Shown here one piece after another: positions 31,666 to 42,271 of a stretch of DNA of 64,000 nt. Origin of the DNA: Candidatus Amesbacteria bacterium GW2011_GWB1_47_19 (lineage in GTDB: Bacteria; Patescibacteriota; Microgenomatia; CAZETR01; Amesbacteraceae); NCBI GenBank assembly GCA_001002325.1, contig LCNZ01000004.1, forward strand, positions 3,818 to 67,817, given 5' to 3'. Made by a program: the position numbers and the translations under genes. The notes below the pieces were generated by a model. It was not told the DNA's origin and ran no database searches. It saw only the letters and a list, made by a program, of their open reading frames with translations. Within the stretch, counting starts at the first letter, position 1; each line of letters begins with the position of its first letter.

Positions 31666-32127
31666 ATGAAAAAGGAAGTTTTTGCGGCTGTCACTATTGG
31701 TTTTGTTCTGGGACTTCTCATAACTTTTGGTATTTGGACCGCTAATAAAAGTCTCAAACAATCACCCCCTAAACTTACGGGTGATATTATTACCCCCTCT
31801 CCGGTTTCCGCAGTCGGTACTTCCACCCCTACCCCTTCATCTCCCCAGACCGAGTCCGGCCCTATCCTGACCGTCACGGCTCCTGTGGATGAACAGCTCT
31901 CCCCTGCTTCAACTGTCACCGTCACCGGCACTACCGGTTCCAAAATGACGGTTGTCATTACCGCCGAGGACAACCAGCAGATAGTTGCCGCCGATTCAAC
32001 CGGTGTCTTCTCGGCTATAGTCCCCCTTGAAGGCGGTTACAATCTCGTCACTGTTACAGCCGTGGACGCTTCCGGCAAACAAACTTCCCGTGAATTAACT
32101 ATCGGTTACACCACTGCCAAACTATGA
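31666..32127 (+). CDS. Secreted/membrane-anchored protein with Ig-like beta domain
   Basis: MKKEVFAAVTIGFVLGLLITFGIW signal anchor. TTGACA-N17-TAATCT promoter upstream. Thr/Val-rich beta sequence. Confidence 0.45.
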   Translation: MKKEVFAAVTIGFVLGLLITFGIWTANKSLKQSPPKLTGDIITPSPVSAVGTSTPTPSSPQTESGPILTVTAPVDEQLSPASTVTVTGTTGSKMTVVITAEDNQQIVAADSTGVFSAIVPLEGGYNLVTVTAVDASGKQTSRELTIGYTTAKL

Positions 32128-32723
32128 TGTTAATAAAATTACTTATTACTTCCACTCTTATACTCTTCTACTCTTATACTCTTACTTCCGCCCAGACTCC
32201 CACCACTTCCATCCGCGACCAGGTGAAACAACAGGTGGCTGATGAGTTATCTCAAATCAAAAATACCATTTCCAAAAAAGCGTACGTGGGCAGTATCGCC
32301 TCCAAAGTAGATGCTACCATTACCATTACCAATCTCAAAAATCAGACCCGTACAGCCACCGTCACTACTGATACCGCCATCAAACTCTCCGGAGGTAAAG
32401 ACGGCACTCCCGCAGATCTCAAAGTCGGTGACTTTGTTATAGCTATGGGAGACGCCGACAATACCGGCCAACTGACCGCCAAGCGTTTACTGGTAGTAAG
32501 CAAGCCTGCGGAAGATAAACGCCGGGTTCTCTCTGGTACGGTCACCAAAATTTCCTCCTCATCCCTCACCCTGGAAACCTCCGACAAGAAATCCGAAACC
32601 TTAAAGATCTCCTCCGTCTCCAAATACACCGCCAAATCAAAACTGTCCGATATCAAAGTCGGTACCAAACTAGTCCTGGTCGCCTCCGATACCACTCTCC
32701 TTTTGGCTCACCTTCTTCCCTAA
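32124..32723 (+). CDS. Secreted hypothetical protein
   Basis: Signal peptide MMLIKLLITSTLILFYSYTLTSAQ. 4-nt overlap with the upstream gene. Confidence 0.45.
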   Translation: MMLIKLLITSTLILFYSYTLTSAQTPTTSIRDQVKQQVADELSQIKNTISKKAYVGSIASKVDATITITNLKNQTRTATVTTDTAIKLSGGKDGTPADLKVGDFVIAMGDADNTGQLTAKRLLVVSKPAEDKRRVLSGTVTKISSSSLTLETSDKKSETLKISSVSKYTAKSKLSDIKVGTKLVLVASDTTLLLAHLLP

Positions 32724-32941
32724 TCATTACCGTTTTTATCCTTAAACCATCTCCATGCACCATATACACCTACCGGTATTGCTCCCAAGGCTATCCACTC
32801 GCTGGCATCTACTAATTCACTTCTCCACCACATGGCGTTCGCTACACTCAACCCAAAATACACCGCTTCCACACCCAACATCGCCAATGCCAACCCCCTC
32901 CACTTTTTCCATCCTCCGGGCTTATTCTCCTTTTCTGTCAT
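32720..32941 (-). CDS. Small 2-TM membrane protein (73 aa)
   Basis: ORF only. Two hydrophobic helices. Confidence 0.25.
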   Translation of the reverse strand: MTEKENKPGGWKKWRGLALAMLGVEAVYFGLSVANAMWWRSELVDASEWIALGAIPVGVYGAWRWFKDKNGND

Positions 32942-32982
32942 AAGCCCTATAATACATCATCTGTCAACAAAATTTCTTCCTT

Positions 32983-34266
32983 TTGTGGTTAAATAGAAAT
33001 ATGTCTGATAAATCGCTATCCCAACCTATCCGCGGGGCCAGAGATTTTTATCCGGAGGATTTGGCCGTGCGTAACTGGTTATTTGATAAATGGCGGGATG
33101 TGGCAAAAAGTTTCGGATACGAAGAAATCGACGGTCCGGTATTGGAAAGTTTCGATCTTTTTGCCGCCAAGTCCGGAGACGAATTAGTCAACCAGCAAAT
33201 GTATATGCTGGAGGACAAAGACGGTCGAAAATTAGGCGTTCGTCCGGAACTAACCCCCACCTACTCCCGTATGGTTGCGAAGCGTCAAAATGAATTAATT
33301 TACCCGCTGCGTTGGACGATGTTCGGCAATACCTGGCGTTACGAAAAGCCCCAGACCGGCCGCAGCCGGGATTTCTGGCAGTGGGAATTAAATCTCGTTG
33401 GCGGGGAGGAAAGCACCGCAGATGCCGAGGTGTTGGTGATTGCCGCCAAAGCCATGGAAGCCATCGGCCTTACTCCCGAAGATGTCGTTTTTCGCATTAA
33501 CGACCGCCGCTTTATGCAGGAATCGCTCACCGAAATAGGCATCTCCGGACTGCTGTATGACCAAACCACGAAATTAATCGACCGCCGGGAAAAAATCTCT
33601 CAGGATGAATTTAATTCCGGACTTCAAAATATTTCACTGACCAATGACCAAATCGGTCAGTTGAATTCATTTTTACAGGCATCCGACCTAGAAAAATCTC
33701 CCAAACTGAAAGAGTTGTTTCTTCTGCTCGACCGGTACGGAATTCTTCCCTACTGCAGATTTGACCCTCTCATTATCCGCGGCATCACCTACTATACCGG
33801 CACGGTCTTCGAATGTTTTGATAAAAATCAAGGCCTGCGTTCGGTGTTTGGCGGCGGCCGTTTTGACGATCTGGTAAAGACCTTCGGAGGAGGTAAAATC
33901 CCAGCTGTTGGGTTCGCTGCCGGAGATGTAGTTATTATTGAACTTTTACGCCGTTTGGATAAACTCCCGAAACTCACTCCCCTCCCCACCCGAGTACTGG
34001 CCACCGTCTTCTCCCCCGATTTATTCTCTGATTCCCTATCTCTGTCTCTATCTCTCCGCTCACAAGGCATCCCTACCGAGCTATATCCCGAACTCTCTGC
34101 CAAACTGGACAAACAACTTAAGTATGCCAGCCGCAAGGGCATTCCCTACGTCGCTATTCTCGGCCCGGAGGAAGTTGAGAAAAAACTGGTTACTATAAAA
34201 AATATGCAGACAGGGGAACAAAAACAAACCACAATGGAAGGACTGAAAGCCCTCATTGAAAATTGA
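32983..34266 (+). CDS. hisS: Histidine--tRNA ligase
   Basis: Class II aaRS motifs: WRYEKPQTGRSRDFWQWELNLVG (motif 2 region) and FRINDRRF. Confidence 0.9.
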   Translation: MWLNRNMSDKSLSQPIRGARDFYPEDLAVRNWLFDKWRDVAKSFGYEEIDGPVLESFDLFAAKSGDELVNQQMYMLEDKDGRKLGVRPELTPTYSRMVAKRQNELIYPLRWTMFGNTWRYEKPQTGRSRDFWQWELNLVGGEESTADAEVLVIAAKAMEAIGLTPEDVVFRINDRRFMQESLTEIGISGLLYDQTTKLIDRREKISQDEFNSGLQNISLTNDQIGQLNSFLQASDLEKSPKLKELFLLLDRYGILPYCRFDPLIIRGITYYTGTVFECFDKNQGLRSVFGGGRFDDLVKTFGGGKIPAVGFAAGDVVIIELLRRLDKLPKLTPLPTRVLATVFSPDLFSDSLSLSLSLRSQGIPTELYPELSAKLDKQLKYASRKGIPYVAILGPEEVEKKLVTIKNMQTGEQKQTTMEGLKALIEN

Positions 34267-34276
34267 AAAATGAAAA

Positions 34277-35224
34277 TTGATAATTGAATACGTGTCCGCC
34301 CGCGTCCGTTCCTATTTAATGCTGCTGGTGGTAGCTGTTATCTGGGGATTTGCCGGACCAATCATCAAATATACCCTGAACTTCTTCGATCCGGTTACGT
34401 TCCTGACTTACCGGTTCCTCCAAACCTGCCTGATCCTCATCCCGCTGCTTCTCATTCTGGAACCGCGCATTTGGCAGCATCTATCCCGTTTTACCCCCTC
34501 CGAATGGACTGCCCTTATAATAAGCGGCCTACTGGGTTCAACCGTCAATCTGGGTCTGCTTTTCTGGGGATATAGTCTGACAACGGCCATCGATGCAACT
34601 CTGATAAACGACTCTCTCTCACCCATCCTGGTCGCCCTGGCCGGTCATTTTATTCTCCGCGAGCATATCACTGAACGGGAGCGTCTGGGATTATTTATCG
34701 CCCTTACAGGGTCCGTGATCATTATTGTTCAGCCCTGGCTCGAGTCGGGAAAATTATTTTCCGGTTCGCTGTCCGGAAACCTCATCATATTTTTTGCCGC
34801 GCTCAGTTGGGCGGGGTATTCCGTTATTACTAAAAAAAGTCTCAAAAATCAGACCTCCCCTCTGCTTTTAACCGCCTCTTCATTCTTGTTCGGTTTTATC
34901 TCCATGTCCGTTATCGCCCTGATTTTCCACCGGCCATTTGAAATGTATCACCGGCTGTTGTCTGTTCCCGTCGGAGGCCACTTGGGTGTTCTGTATATGA
35001 GCGTCCTGTCAGGCGCATTGGCGTACTTTCTGTTTCAACGCGCCCAGAAAACTATTGAAACCTCCGAAGCCAATGTTTTTTTATATCTGCCTCCCATTTT
35101 CGCTACCCCGCTGGCTTACTTCTGGCTGGGTGAATCTGTAACTTTCACTTTCCTTACCGGAGCTCTGGTCATCGCCGCCGGAGTCTATGTTGCCGAAACA
35201 AAGAAACGTTCAGTCGGCAAATAG
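34277..35224 (+). CDS. EamA/DMT-family transporter
   Basis: Ten TM segments in two EamA-like repeats. Confidence 0.7.
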   Translation: MIIEYVSARVRSYLMLLVVAVIWGFAGPIIKYTLNFFDPVTFLTYRFLQTCLILIPLLLILEPRIWQHLSRFTPSEWTALIISGLLGSTVNLGLLFWGYSLTTAIDATLINDSLSPILVALAGHFILREHITERERLGLFIALTGSVIIIVQPWLESGKLFSGSLSGNLIIFFAALSWAGYSVITKKSLKNQTSPLLLTASSFLFGFISMSVIALIFHRPFEMYHRLLSVPVGGHLGVLYMSVLSGALAYFLFQRAQKTIETSEANVFLYLPPIFATPLAYFWLGESVTFTFLTGALVIAAGVYVAETKKRSVGK

Positions 35225-36190
35225 CTGGGTGATCATTAACCCGCACTCACCTCCGCTGACTACTCCTATACCTACCCGCCCGAATCGTTTTTCCAGAATA
35301 TTTTTTTTGTGGCCTTCACTTTCCATCAATCCCTGATGGGCTGTCTGCACATCCGGAGCAAAAGCCAGATTCTCCCCCATCAGTCTGTATTTCACACCTG
35401 CCGCTTGTAATCTGTCCTCAGCATCTTCACCTTCCGGTGAATAATGCGAGAAATATTTTCTTTCCATCATATCCCGGCCATACAACCTGGCCGCTGTCAC
35501 CATCCGGGAGTCTATGGTCAGCTTTTTGGCGCCGGTTTTTGCCCTTTCTCCGTTTATCAATTCCAAAATCCTCCATTCTGCCCCCTCGTCCACTTTCAGC
35601 CCGCAATCACCCACCAATCCTTCCAGAGATATCCGTTCGCCCGATTCAGGTTTGACTGTCAGAAACCTGACTGCTTGTTTGGCCGCTTCATCCACAGACA
35701 GTTTTACCCCTCCCGCATATTTCTGAACGGAAAACATCAGCGCCGATCCCAATTTGGAATCACCGATATCAGACTTTATGCTTCCTTTTACTGGCAGCGC
35801 GGTAATTACCAGAAGTCCGATCGTTACTGTCGCCATAGCTTTCAGTACTGACAGTGTTCCTCCCGCAAAGCGGTTGATTTTGGACTCCTTCACTCCGCGC
35901 GGCAATCGGAAAACCAAATGTCTGATTATCTCTCCTACGGCCAACTCCCCCGCGGTGGCGATGATCAGATACCCCAGGACATTCGACCATAATTTTCCGA
36001 TACCGAATTTTGCCACCAGAAACCCGCCCGTATTTGTGCCGAATTTTACAGCCAGCCATAAAGCCGCCAAAAAGCTTACCAGTCCGGATGCCAGTTTCAC
36101 TCCCCCTTCTTCCCATCCGTCCAGGACTAAATATATTACCACCACCAATATCACCCCATCTATCCAGTTAAACATAAGCCAAAGATTCAA
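35210..36190 (-). CDS. CvpA-like membrane domain fused to CAP/SCP (YkwD-like) domain
   Basis: N-terminal 4-TM CvpA-like. C-terminal ELINGERAKTGAKKL...YFSHYSPEG...HQGLMESEGHKKNIL CAP-domain motifs. Confidence 0.6.
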   Translation of the reverse strand: MNLWLMFNWIDGVILVVVIYLVLDGWEEGGVKLASGLVSFLAALWLAVKFGTNTGGFLVAKFGIGKLWSNVLGYLIIATAGELAVGEIIRHLVFRLPRGVKESKINRFAGGTLSVLKAMATVTIGLLVITALPVKGSIKSDIGDSKLGSALMFSVQKYAGGVKLSVDEAAKQAVRFLTVKPESGERISLEGLVGDCGLKVDEGAEWRILELINGERAKTGAKKLTIDSRMVTAARLYGRDMMERKYFSHYSPEGEDAEDRLQAAGVKYRLMGENLAFAPDVQTAHQGLMESEGHKKNILEKRFGRVGIGVVSGGECGLMITQLFAD

Positions 36191-37058
36191 TTACGGCTCC
36201 TAAATCCCCTTCAATAATCCTGTCCAGTTTGTGCCAATTCTTTCCGATCCGGTGGTCGGTCACCCGGTTCTGAGGATAATTGTATGTCCGGATTTTTTCG
36301 GCCCTCATGCTCCGCCCGATCGCCTTCCTGCTCTCCTGTTTTTCCACTCTTCTGCTCTCCCGCTCATTCTCCCACATCTGAGCCCGCAACAAGGCCAGGG
36401 CAATTTTTCTGTTTTGTTCCTGCGATCTTTCCTGCCGGCACCGCACGACCATCCCGCTGGGTTTATGCGTCAGCCGTACTGCCGTAGCTACTTTATTCAC
36501 ATTCTGACCGCCATGCCCGCCGGCCCGGGAAAATTCCCAGGACAGATCATCCTCTTTAATTTCTATTTCTTTTTCGGTTACCTCCGGCAACACCACCACC
36601 GAAGCCGTGGACGTATGTATCCTCCCGGAAGCTTCAGTCTTCGGCACGCGCTGTACCCGGTGAACACCCGTCTCCCACTTGAGAGTTGAGAAAGCATTTT
36701 TACCTCTGATACTTAGTACTCCCTCATCCAGCAGCTCTGTTTTCCATCCCCGGCTTTCTGCAAATCTCAGGTACATTCTTTCCAGGTCTCCCGCCCAAAT
36801 TTTCGCCTCATCTCCCCCCACCCCGGGCCGTATCTCCAAAATAATGTTGCTGAAATTCTCCTCACTTCCGGTTTTATTCACTTCACCTCTTCCGTTCTCG
36901 TTTAAAACTTTCTCCAGCTCGTCCTTCTGTCTTTCCAACTGAGCTAACTCTTGCCTTGCTTCCTTATCTACATCCGACCCCAATAGCCCTTTTACTGTCT
37001 CTATCTCTATCTCTATCTTCTCCTTCTCCTGTTCAAGATATTTTTTAGCTTCGTCCAT
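36168..37058 (-). CDS. prfA: Peptide chain release factor 1 (short N-domain)
   Basis: HRVQRVPKTEASGRIHTSTASV (PxT tripeptide means RF1) and GGHGGQNVNKV (GGQ). 296 aa. No programmed frameshift. Confidence 0.75.
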   Translation of the reverse strand: MDEAKKYLEQEKEKIEIEIETVKGLLGSDVDKEARQELAQLERQKDELEKVLNENGRGEVNKTGSEENFSNIILEIRPGVGGDEAKIWAGDLERMYLRFAESRGWKTELLDEGVLSIRGKNAFSTLKWETGVHRVQRVPKTEASGRIHTSTASVVVLPEVTEKEIEIKEDDLSWEFSRAGGHGGQNVNKVATAVRLTHKPSGMVVRCRQERSQEQNRKIALALLRAQMWENERESRRVEKQESRKAIGRSMRAEKIRTYNYPQNRVTDHRIGKNWHKLDRIIEGDLGAVIESLAYV

Positions 37059-37066
37059 GCCGCTTT

Positions 37067-37390
37067 TTAAATCTTTTCTTTCACCCTGTCAAACATTTCC
37101 TTCAGGCTTTTCGGCCTCGCTGCATCCTCGGCTTCTTCCTGTTTTCTTTTTAATAATTGCTTTTGTTTCTTGGAAATATACATCTTACCCTGGGTTTTGT
37201 TCAAAGTCTGCTGGAACCGCTCCACCCTGCCCATAGTATCCACAAACCTCATTTCTCCGGTAAAGAAAGGGTGACATTTTGCGCAAATCTCGACATGGAT
37301 TTCCGGCTTAGTAGATCCGACGGTAAAAGCATTCCCGCAGGCACACTTGACCACCGCCTGATAATATTTTGGGTGTATAGCTAACTTCAT
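37067..37390 (-). CDS. rpmE: Ribosomal protein L31 with about 35-aa basic C-terminal extension
   Basis: [45 protein letters not shown]. Confidence 0.8.
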   Translation of the reverse strand: MKLAIHPKYYQAVVKCACGNAFTVGSTKPEIHVEICAKCHPFFTGEMRFVDTMGRVERFQQTLNKTQGKMYISKKQKQLLKRKQEEAEDAARPKSLKEMFDRVKEKI

Positions 37391-37428
37391 GGGTCGATTT
37401 TATCTTAACTTTGGATTAAAATCCATCC

Positions 37429-37743
37429 ATGGCTCCTTTGGCTGAAGTTACCGTTCGAAAATGGAGTGGTTTTGACTACTATCCCCCTTCGAAAATCAGA
37501 CTTATATGGCAGGATAAATCCCAAGACCCTAAAATTACTGCAGAAAGATGTGACAACAATCACAAAATAGACATGGGGTTTAACGCTTATAAAATCTCAG
37601 ACGGGGGTTTGTACCCGATAGCAATAGTCATGTGCGCGTCTTGTTACAATAGACAACTTACCATCGATAAACTTCATTACTTGGTTAAAAAAGGTTTTCT
37701 GATGATAATCCACCATGAAAAGGGATATCCGCTACCCTTCTGA
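37429..37743 (+). CDS. Hypothetical protein (104 aa), possible Zn-binding (CxxxH...CxxC)
   Basis: ORF only. Confidence 0.3.
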   Translation: MAPLAEVTVRKWSGFDYYPPSKIRLIWQDKSQDPKITAERCDNNHKIDMGFNAYKISDGGLYPIAIVMCASCYNRQLTIDKLHYLVKKGFLMIIHHEKGYPLPF

Positions 37744-37745
37744 AA

Positions 37746-38918
37746 TTATTTCGCTTCTTCCAGCGTCACCATTATTTTCTTGGTCTCTTCATTTCTCCAC
37801 AACTCAACCTCCACTTTATCGCCGATTTTATATCCGGCAATTGCCTTGGCCAAACTATTCTCGTCACTGCCGTCAATCTTTTTACCCCCGATTTTGGTAA
37901 TTATATCCTCCACGGCTATTCCTGCTTCTTCGGCTGGCGAATCCGCAATCACTTCCTGGACGTAAGCTCCCGCCGGCACCTCATACTGCAGGGCCGTCTT
38001 CATATCCAGAATCCTGTACCGTACTCCCAGATAAGGCCGGTTAAACTGACCGGTTTTATTGAAATTATCTATCGCTTCTTTTACTATATTTATGGGTATT
38101 GCAAATCCTATATTCTGCCCCTGCTGAGATACGGCGGTATTTACGCCGATCACCTGTCCCGCCGAATCCAAAAGCGGTCCACCGGAATTACCGGGATTTA
38201 TAGCCGCATCGGTTTGGATAACATTATCCAGTTTTTCCACTGCGCCTTCGTATGGGCTTCCGGCAGTAATTCCTCTTCCCAGACCTGAAACTACCCCGGT
38301 GGTTACCGTATGCCTGAACTCTCCCAATGCCGTGCCTATGGCAATTACAAACTGACCCACTTTCAGTCTGGATGAATCACCCATTTCCACCGTTTGCAGG
38401 TCCTTTGCATCAATTTTCAATATTGCCAAATCATTAGTCGGATCCCGATAGATTTTCTGGACTTCATATGTTTTATCATCCTTAGTTACCACCCGGTAAG
38501 CGGCTTCTGTATCGTCCACTACATGTTTGTTGGTAACTATCAAACCGTCCTTACCGATGACAAATCCTGACCCGATGTCCTGCTCAATCTTCCGCTCCTG
38601 TGTCTGATTACCGGGTTGCTGCCGGAACATTCCGAACGGATCAGAAAAAAAGTCAAAATTGGGTGTTCTGAGTACTTGTGTTTTTTTAATTCCGACCGTA
38701 ACCACCGACGGACTGACTTTTTCCGCCACATCAATTACAACCGATTCTTCTTTGAGTATCTTTTGCGTCTCCGTTGCAGTACCGCCCGAAAACTCTCCCC
38801 TCGATGGCAGCCATTTATCCAATACCTTATACCCGAATAGCCGGTCCGAAACGGCCCCGCCGGTCACTGCCCCGGCCAGCACTAGCGCTCCCGCAATAAA
38901 CAAAAATAATCTGCGCAT
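37746..38918 (-). CDS. htrA: HtrA/DegP-family serine protease with PDZ domain
   Basis: GSGFVIGKDGLIVTNKHVV (His), GNSGGPLLD (Ser), C-terminal PDZ. Confidence 0.85.
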   Translation of the reverse strand: MRRLFLFIAGALVLAGAVTGGAVSDRLFGYKVLDKWLPSRGEFSGGTATETQKILKEESVVIDVAEKVSPSVVTVGIKKTQVLRTPNFDFFSDPFGMFRQQPGNQTQERKIEQDIGSGFVIGKDGLIVTNKHVVDDTEAAYRVVTKDDKTYEVQKIYRDPTNDLAILKIDAKDLQTVEMGDSSRLKVGQFVIAIGTALGEFRHTVTTGVVSGLGRGITAGSPYEGAVEKLDNVIQTDAAINPGNSGGPLLDSAGQVIGVNTAVSQQGQNIGFAIPINIVKEAIDNFNKTGQFNRPYLGVRYRILDMKTALQYEVPAGAYVQEVIADSPAEEAGIAVEDIITKIGGKKIDGSDENSLAKAIAGYKIGDKVEVELWRNEETKKIMVTLEEAK

Positions 38919-38929
38919 TACAATTTATT

Positions 38930-40219
38930 TTATTTTAACAATTCTAACGCTTTATCCAATTGCGGATCAGCCGTATCGTCCTGGCTGTCAGTCGGCATTT
39001 TTATCTCTGTGTCCGGCATGACTCCTTTCTTATCAATCCACTCTCCCGACGGTCTCAACCACTTGGCTACCGTCACATGCAGGCCTGACCCATCGGAAAA
39101 ATCTTCCGGCTGTTGAACACTGCCTTTCCCGAATGATTTCACCCCCACCACTTTCCCCCTTTTATAGTCCTGCAACGCCCCCGCCAGAATCTCCGCTGCA
39201 GATGCACTGCCTTCATTTACCAGTATCACCAGAGGGTTGTTCAGCAGTCTGCCGTTTCTTTCTACTACACTTTCCAGCTTCTTGCCGTCACCGTATTGTT
39301 GGGTAACGACATTCTTATCCGGCTTCAGGAACTCTCCGGCCACAAATACCGATGTCTCCAGATACCCGCCCGGATTATTGCGTACATCCAGAATTACCGG
39401 ACAATTACGACTACTCACACCCGCGCATTTATCACCGATATCCGTTACCACAGTATTCCACTCCTCCTTTGTCTTGTCTCCGAACCGGTTAAGTTTTATC
39501 CAGGCCACGCTCCGGTCACCGGATTCTTTATATTCCACCGTCACGCTTTTAACATTAATCGTCTCCCTGACCAATTCCACTTCAAACGGTTCCTCACGGT
39601 CTGCCCTGGCAATCATCAACTTCACCTTCGTTCCCCCCTCGCCCCGAATCAGTTTCACCGCCTCGGGCAGGGCCATCCCCCCGGTATCCTGGTCCACACC
39701 TTTCTTATCATCTTTGATATGCAATATCAGGTCACCTGATCTTACCCCCGCTCTGAAAGCCGGCGTGCCTTCCAGCGGTGCCACTACTGCCAATTGGTGA
39801 TCTTTAAAACCCAGCTGTATTCCCACTCCTTCAAATTTACCTCCCAGATCCGCTTTTGATTCTTCATTCTGCACCACCGGCAGAAATGCGGTATATGGGT
39901 CTCCGATCGCGGCCACCATACCGGAAATCGCTCCGTCAACCATCTTTTTTGCGTCCAGATCTGTTTTATCCACATACGATTCGTTAACTTTATCCCACAC
40001 CTGCCAGAACAGTGAGAAATCGACTTCCCCCGGTTTACCGGACAGTGTTGCCGACCTGTTGATCACCACTGCCGGTTTCCAATTCTCAAATTCAAATACC
40101 AGCCGCTGCTTACCCAACAAAAAACCGGCATACCCGCAGGCAATCATTAATGTTCCTACAACCAGCAGTTTTCTCGGATTCACGTACACCATAGTACCAA
40201 AGTTAAAGTCCTGACACAA
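38930..40219 (-). CDS. ctpA: S41-family C-terminal processing peptidase
   Basis: PDZ segment plus [21 protein letters not shown]...SFGKGSVQ (Ser/Lys dyad region). Confidence 0.8.
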   Translation of the reverse strand: MCQDFNFGTMVYVNPRKLLVVGTLMIACGYAGFLLGKQRLVFEFENWKPAVVINRSATLSGKPGEVDFSLFWQVWDKVNESYVDKTDLDAKKMVDGAISGMVAAIGDPYTAFLPVVQNEESKADLGGKFEGVGIQLGFKDHQLAVVAPLEGTPAFRAGVRSGDLILHIKDDKKGVDQDTGGMALPEAVKLIRGEGGTKVKLMIARADREEPFEVELVRETINVKSVTVEYKESGDRSVAWIKLNRFGDKTKEEWNTVVTDIGDKCAGVSSRNCPVILDVRNNPGGYLETSVFVAGEFLKPDKNVVTQQYGDGKKLESVVERNGRLLNNPLVILVNEGSASAAEILAGALQDYKRGKVVGVKSFGKGSVQQPEDFSDGSGLHVTVAKWLRPSGEWIDKKGVMPDTEIKMPTDSQDDTADPQLDKALELLK

Positions 40220-40433
40220 ACGGTAGCAAGGCCAGGTGACGCGCTCTTTTTATCTCCCGCGCCAGCCTTCGCTGGTGTTTGGCGCACACCCCGGATCGGT
40301 CCCGTCCGATTATTCTTCCCCTCTCGGAAACATATTTCGACAATGTCGCCACATCCTTAAAATCCGGTGAATTATTTTCCTTACAAAACAGGCAATTCTT
40401 GGGTACTTTATATTTTCTCTTCGGCTGAATCAT
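40203..40433 (-). CDS. rpsR: Ribosomal protein S18
   Basis: [58 protein letters not shown]. Confidence 0.8.
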   Translation of the reverse strand: MIQPKRKYKVPKNCLFCKENNSPDFKDVATLSKYVSERGRIIGRDRSGVCAKHQRRLAREIKRARHLALLPFVSGL

Positions 40434-40447
40434 ATGTCTTATCAGTG

Positions 40448-40990
40448 TCAGAAGGGAATATCCTCCGCTACTTCCTCGGCGGTCGGTTCTTTAGCCTTAG
40501 CCGTCTTTTCTTTACCGGCTTTTGTTGCTTTAGGTTTCACTGATTCCTCAATTACCGGTGCAACCGGTACTTCGGCTGGTACTTCTGCCGGCACTTCAGG
40601 TGAAGCAGCCGGCCCCTCCGGTACAGCTTCATATGTAGTTTCCTCTCCCTGACGTCGTGAATCCAGTACCAGCATGTCCTCGATTACAATCTCCGTCGCT
40701 TGCCTGGTAGTCCCGTCCGGAGCCGTCCATTGCCGGGTTTGCAATCTGCCTTCAACAAATATCCTCCGGCCTTTAAACAACAGCTGTGAACACAACTCTG
40801 CCAATTTATTCCAGGCCACAATCCGATGAAACTCGGTCTCCTCTTTTTTGTCTCCCCCGTCTGTAATCCATGTCCTGTTGGTCGCCAATCCCATGGTACA
40901 AACAGCAGTACCCTGAGGGGTGTATCTCAATTCCGGATCCCGGGTCAAATTCCCTATCAGCATTACCTTATTCAACGAACGCGTGGACAT
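40448..40990 (-). CDS. ssb: Single-stranded DNA-binding protein
   Basis: OB-fold N-term [21 protein letters not shown]. Acidic tail ending EDIPF. Confidence 0.85.
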   Translation of the reverse strand: MSTRSLNKVMLIGNLTRDPELRYTPQGTAVCTMGLATNRTWITDGGDKKEETEFHRIVAWNKLAELCSQLLFKGRRIFVEGRLQTRQWTAPDGTTRQATEIVIEDMLVLDSRRQGEETTYEAVPEGPAASPEVPAEVPAEVPVAPVIEESVKPKATKAGKEKTAKAKEPTAEEVAEDIPF

Positions 40991-40994
40991 TATG

Positions 40995-41279
40995 TTAGTC
41001 TTCCTTAACGAGTAGGTGTCTTACAATCTCCTTATCGACACTCAACTTCTTCGCCAATTGTACCACGGCTTTCCCGGGTAATTCAAGCTTAAAATTCGTA
41101 TACACAGCTTCCGTCATATTATTAATTTTGTAGGCCAATTGCTTCCGTCCCATCAGGGCAGTTTTTTCTACCCTGCCTTCCAGGGCTTTGATAGTTTTTC
41201 CAATTTTTTCCGCCAGTTTTTCCGGATCTTCCGCTGCCGAAATAGCTTTGGTTAAAATAGTCAGGTCAAACTTACTCAT
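40995..41279 (-). CDS. rpsF: Ribosomal protein S6
   Basis: Position and size in the rpsF-ssb-rpsR cluster. MSKFDLTILTK...LAYKINNMTEAVYTNFKLE. Confidence 0.7.
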   Translation of the reverse strand: MSKFDLTILTKAISAAEDPEKLAEKIGKTIKALEGRVEKTALMGRKQLAYKINNMTEAVYTNFKLELPGKAVVQLAKKLSVDKEIVRHLLVKED

Positions 41280-41292
41280 GGCGCGTAGTATA

Positions 41293-42267
41293 TCAAACTC
41301 CGACTTTAAACTCTACCACGTCTCCGTCTCGCATCACATAATCCCGGCCTTCCGTCCGGACTTTCCCCGCCTCCCGGGCTTTAGTCCAACCACCCAGACT
41401 GACAAAATCTTCCCAATATATAACATCAGCTTTTATAAAATGCTTTTCAAAATCGGTGTGTATTACCCCCGCTGCCTGCGGCGCTTTGGTCCCTTTTTTA
41501 ATAGTCCAGGCTCTCGCCTCTTTTTCACCCGCAGTCAGGAATGTCGATAAACCCAATAGCTCAAATGCTCTGACTATCAACTTTTCCAACCCGCTTTTTT
41601 CCACTCCCAGCTGGAGTAAATACTCCGTTGCCTCCTCATCCGGCAGGCCGGCTAGTTCACTCTCCGTCTTAGCACAAATAATTATCACCTGATTCCGGTC
41701 CAGCCCCATCTCCTGTGCGTGGTTCTTCTCCATTTCCGACCCGTCTTTCAGATCTTTTTCATCCGCATTCAGCACCACTAGCATCGGCTTTTTAGACAAA
41801 AGTTGGAGTTCCTCGGAAACTTGTGCCCTTTTTTGACCCCGTCTTTCAATGGATTCCAGATCTGCCAGTTCCAGTTCGGTCTTAATAATCTCAAAATCAT
41901 TTCTCGGGTCCACTGACCCTTCCCTGATGATGTTTTCATCAGTAAAAGCCCTGATCACATGGGCTACCGCATCCACTTCCCGGATCTGGGCCAGGAATTT
42001 ATTTCCCAAACCTGCACCAGTTGAAGCTCCCTTAACCAACCCGGCGATATCAACAAATTTGACTGTAGCAGGAATAATTTTATCCGTCTTTACCACATCC
42101 GCCAATAACGCCAGACGGCTGTCACGTACTGGTACCACCCCTATATTTGGCTCAATCGTAGCAAACGGATAATTAGCCACCAGCGCCGCCTGCTTTTTCA
42201 ACAGCGCATTAAACAAGGTGCTTTTCCCGACATTAGGCAACCCGATAATCCCGATTTCTAACCCCAT
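41293..42267 (-). CDS. ychF: Ribosome-binding ATPase YchF (Obg-like)
   Basis: GIIGLPNVGKSTLFNALL...NYPFATIEPN...DIAGLVKGAS. Confidence 0.85.
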   Translation of the reverse strand: MGLEIGIIGLPNVGKSTLFNALLKKQAALVANYPFATIEPNIGVVPVRDSRLALLADVVKTDKIIPATVKFVDIAGLVKGASTGAGLGNKFLAQIREVDAVAHVIRAFTDENIIREGSVDPRNDFEIIKTELELADLESIERRGQKRAQVSEELQLLSKKPMLVVLNADEKDLKDGSEMEKNHAQEMGLDRNQVIIICAKTESELAGLPDEEATEYLLQLGVEKSGLEKLIVRAFELLGLSTFLTAGEKEARAWTIKKGTKAPQAAGVIHTDFEKHFIKADVIYWEDFVSLGGWTKAREAGKVRTEGRDYVMRDGDVVEFKVGV

Positions 42268-42271
42268 CCTC

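Noticed and set aside
36168-37058. Possible RF2 with programmed +1 frameshift
   Set aside because: The tripeptide is PKT (PxT, RF1-type), not SPF. The ORF is continuous with no upstream short frame, so it is RF1-like without a frameshift.
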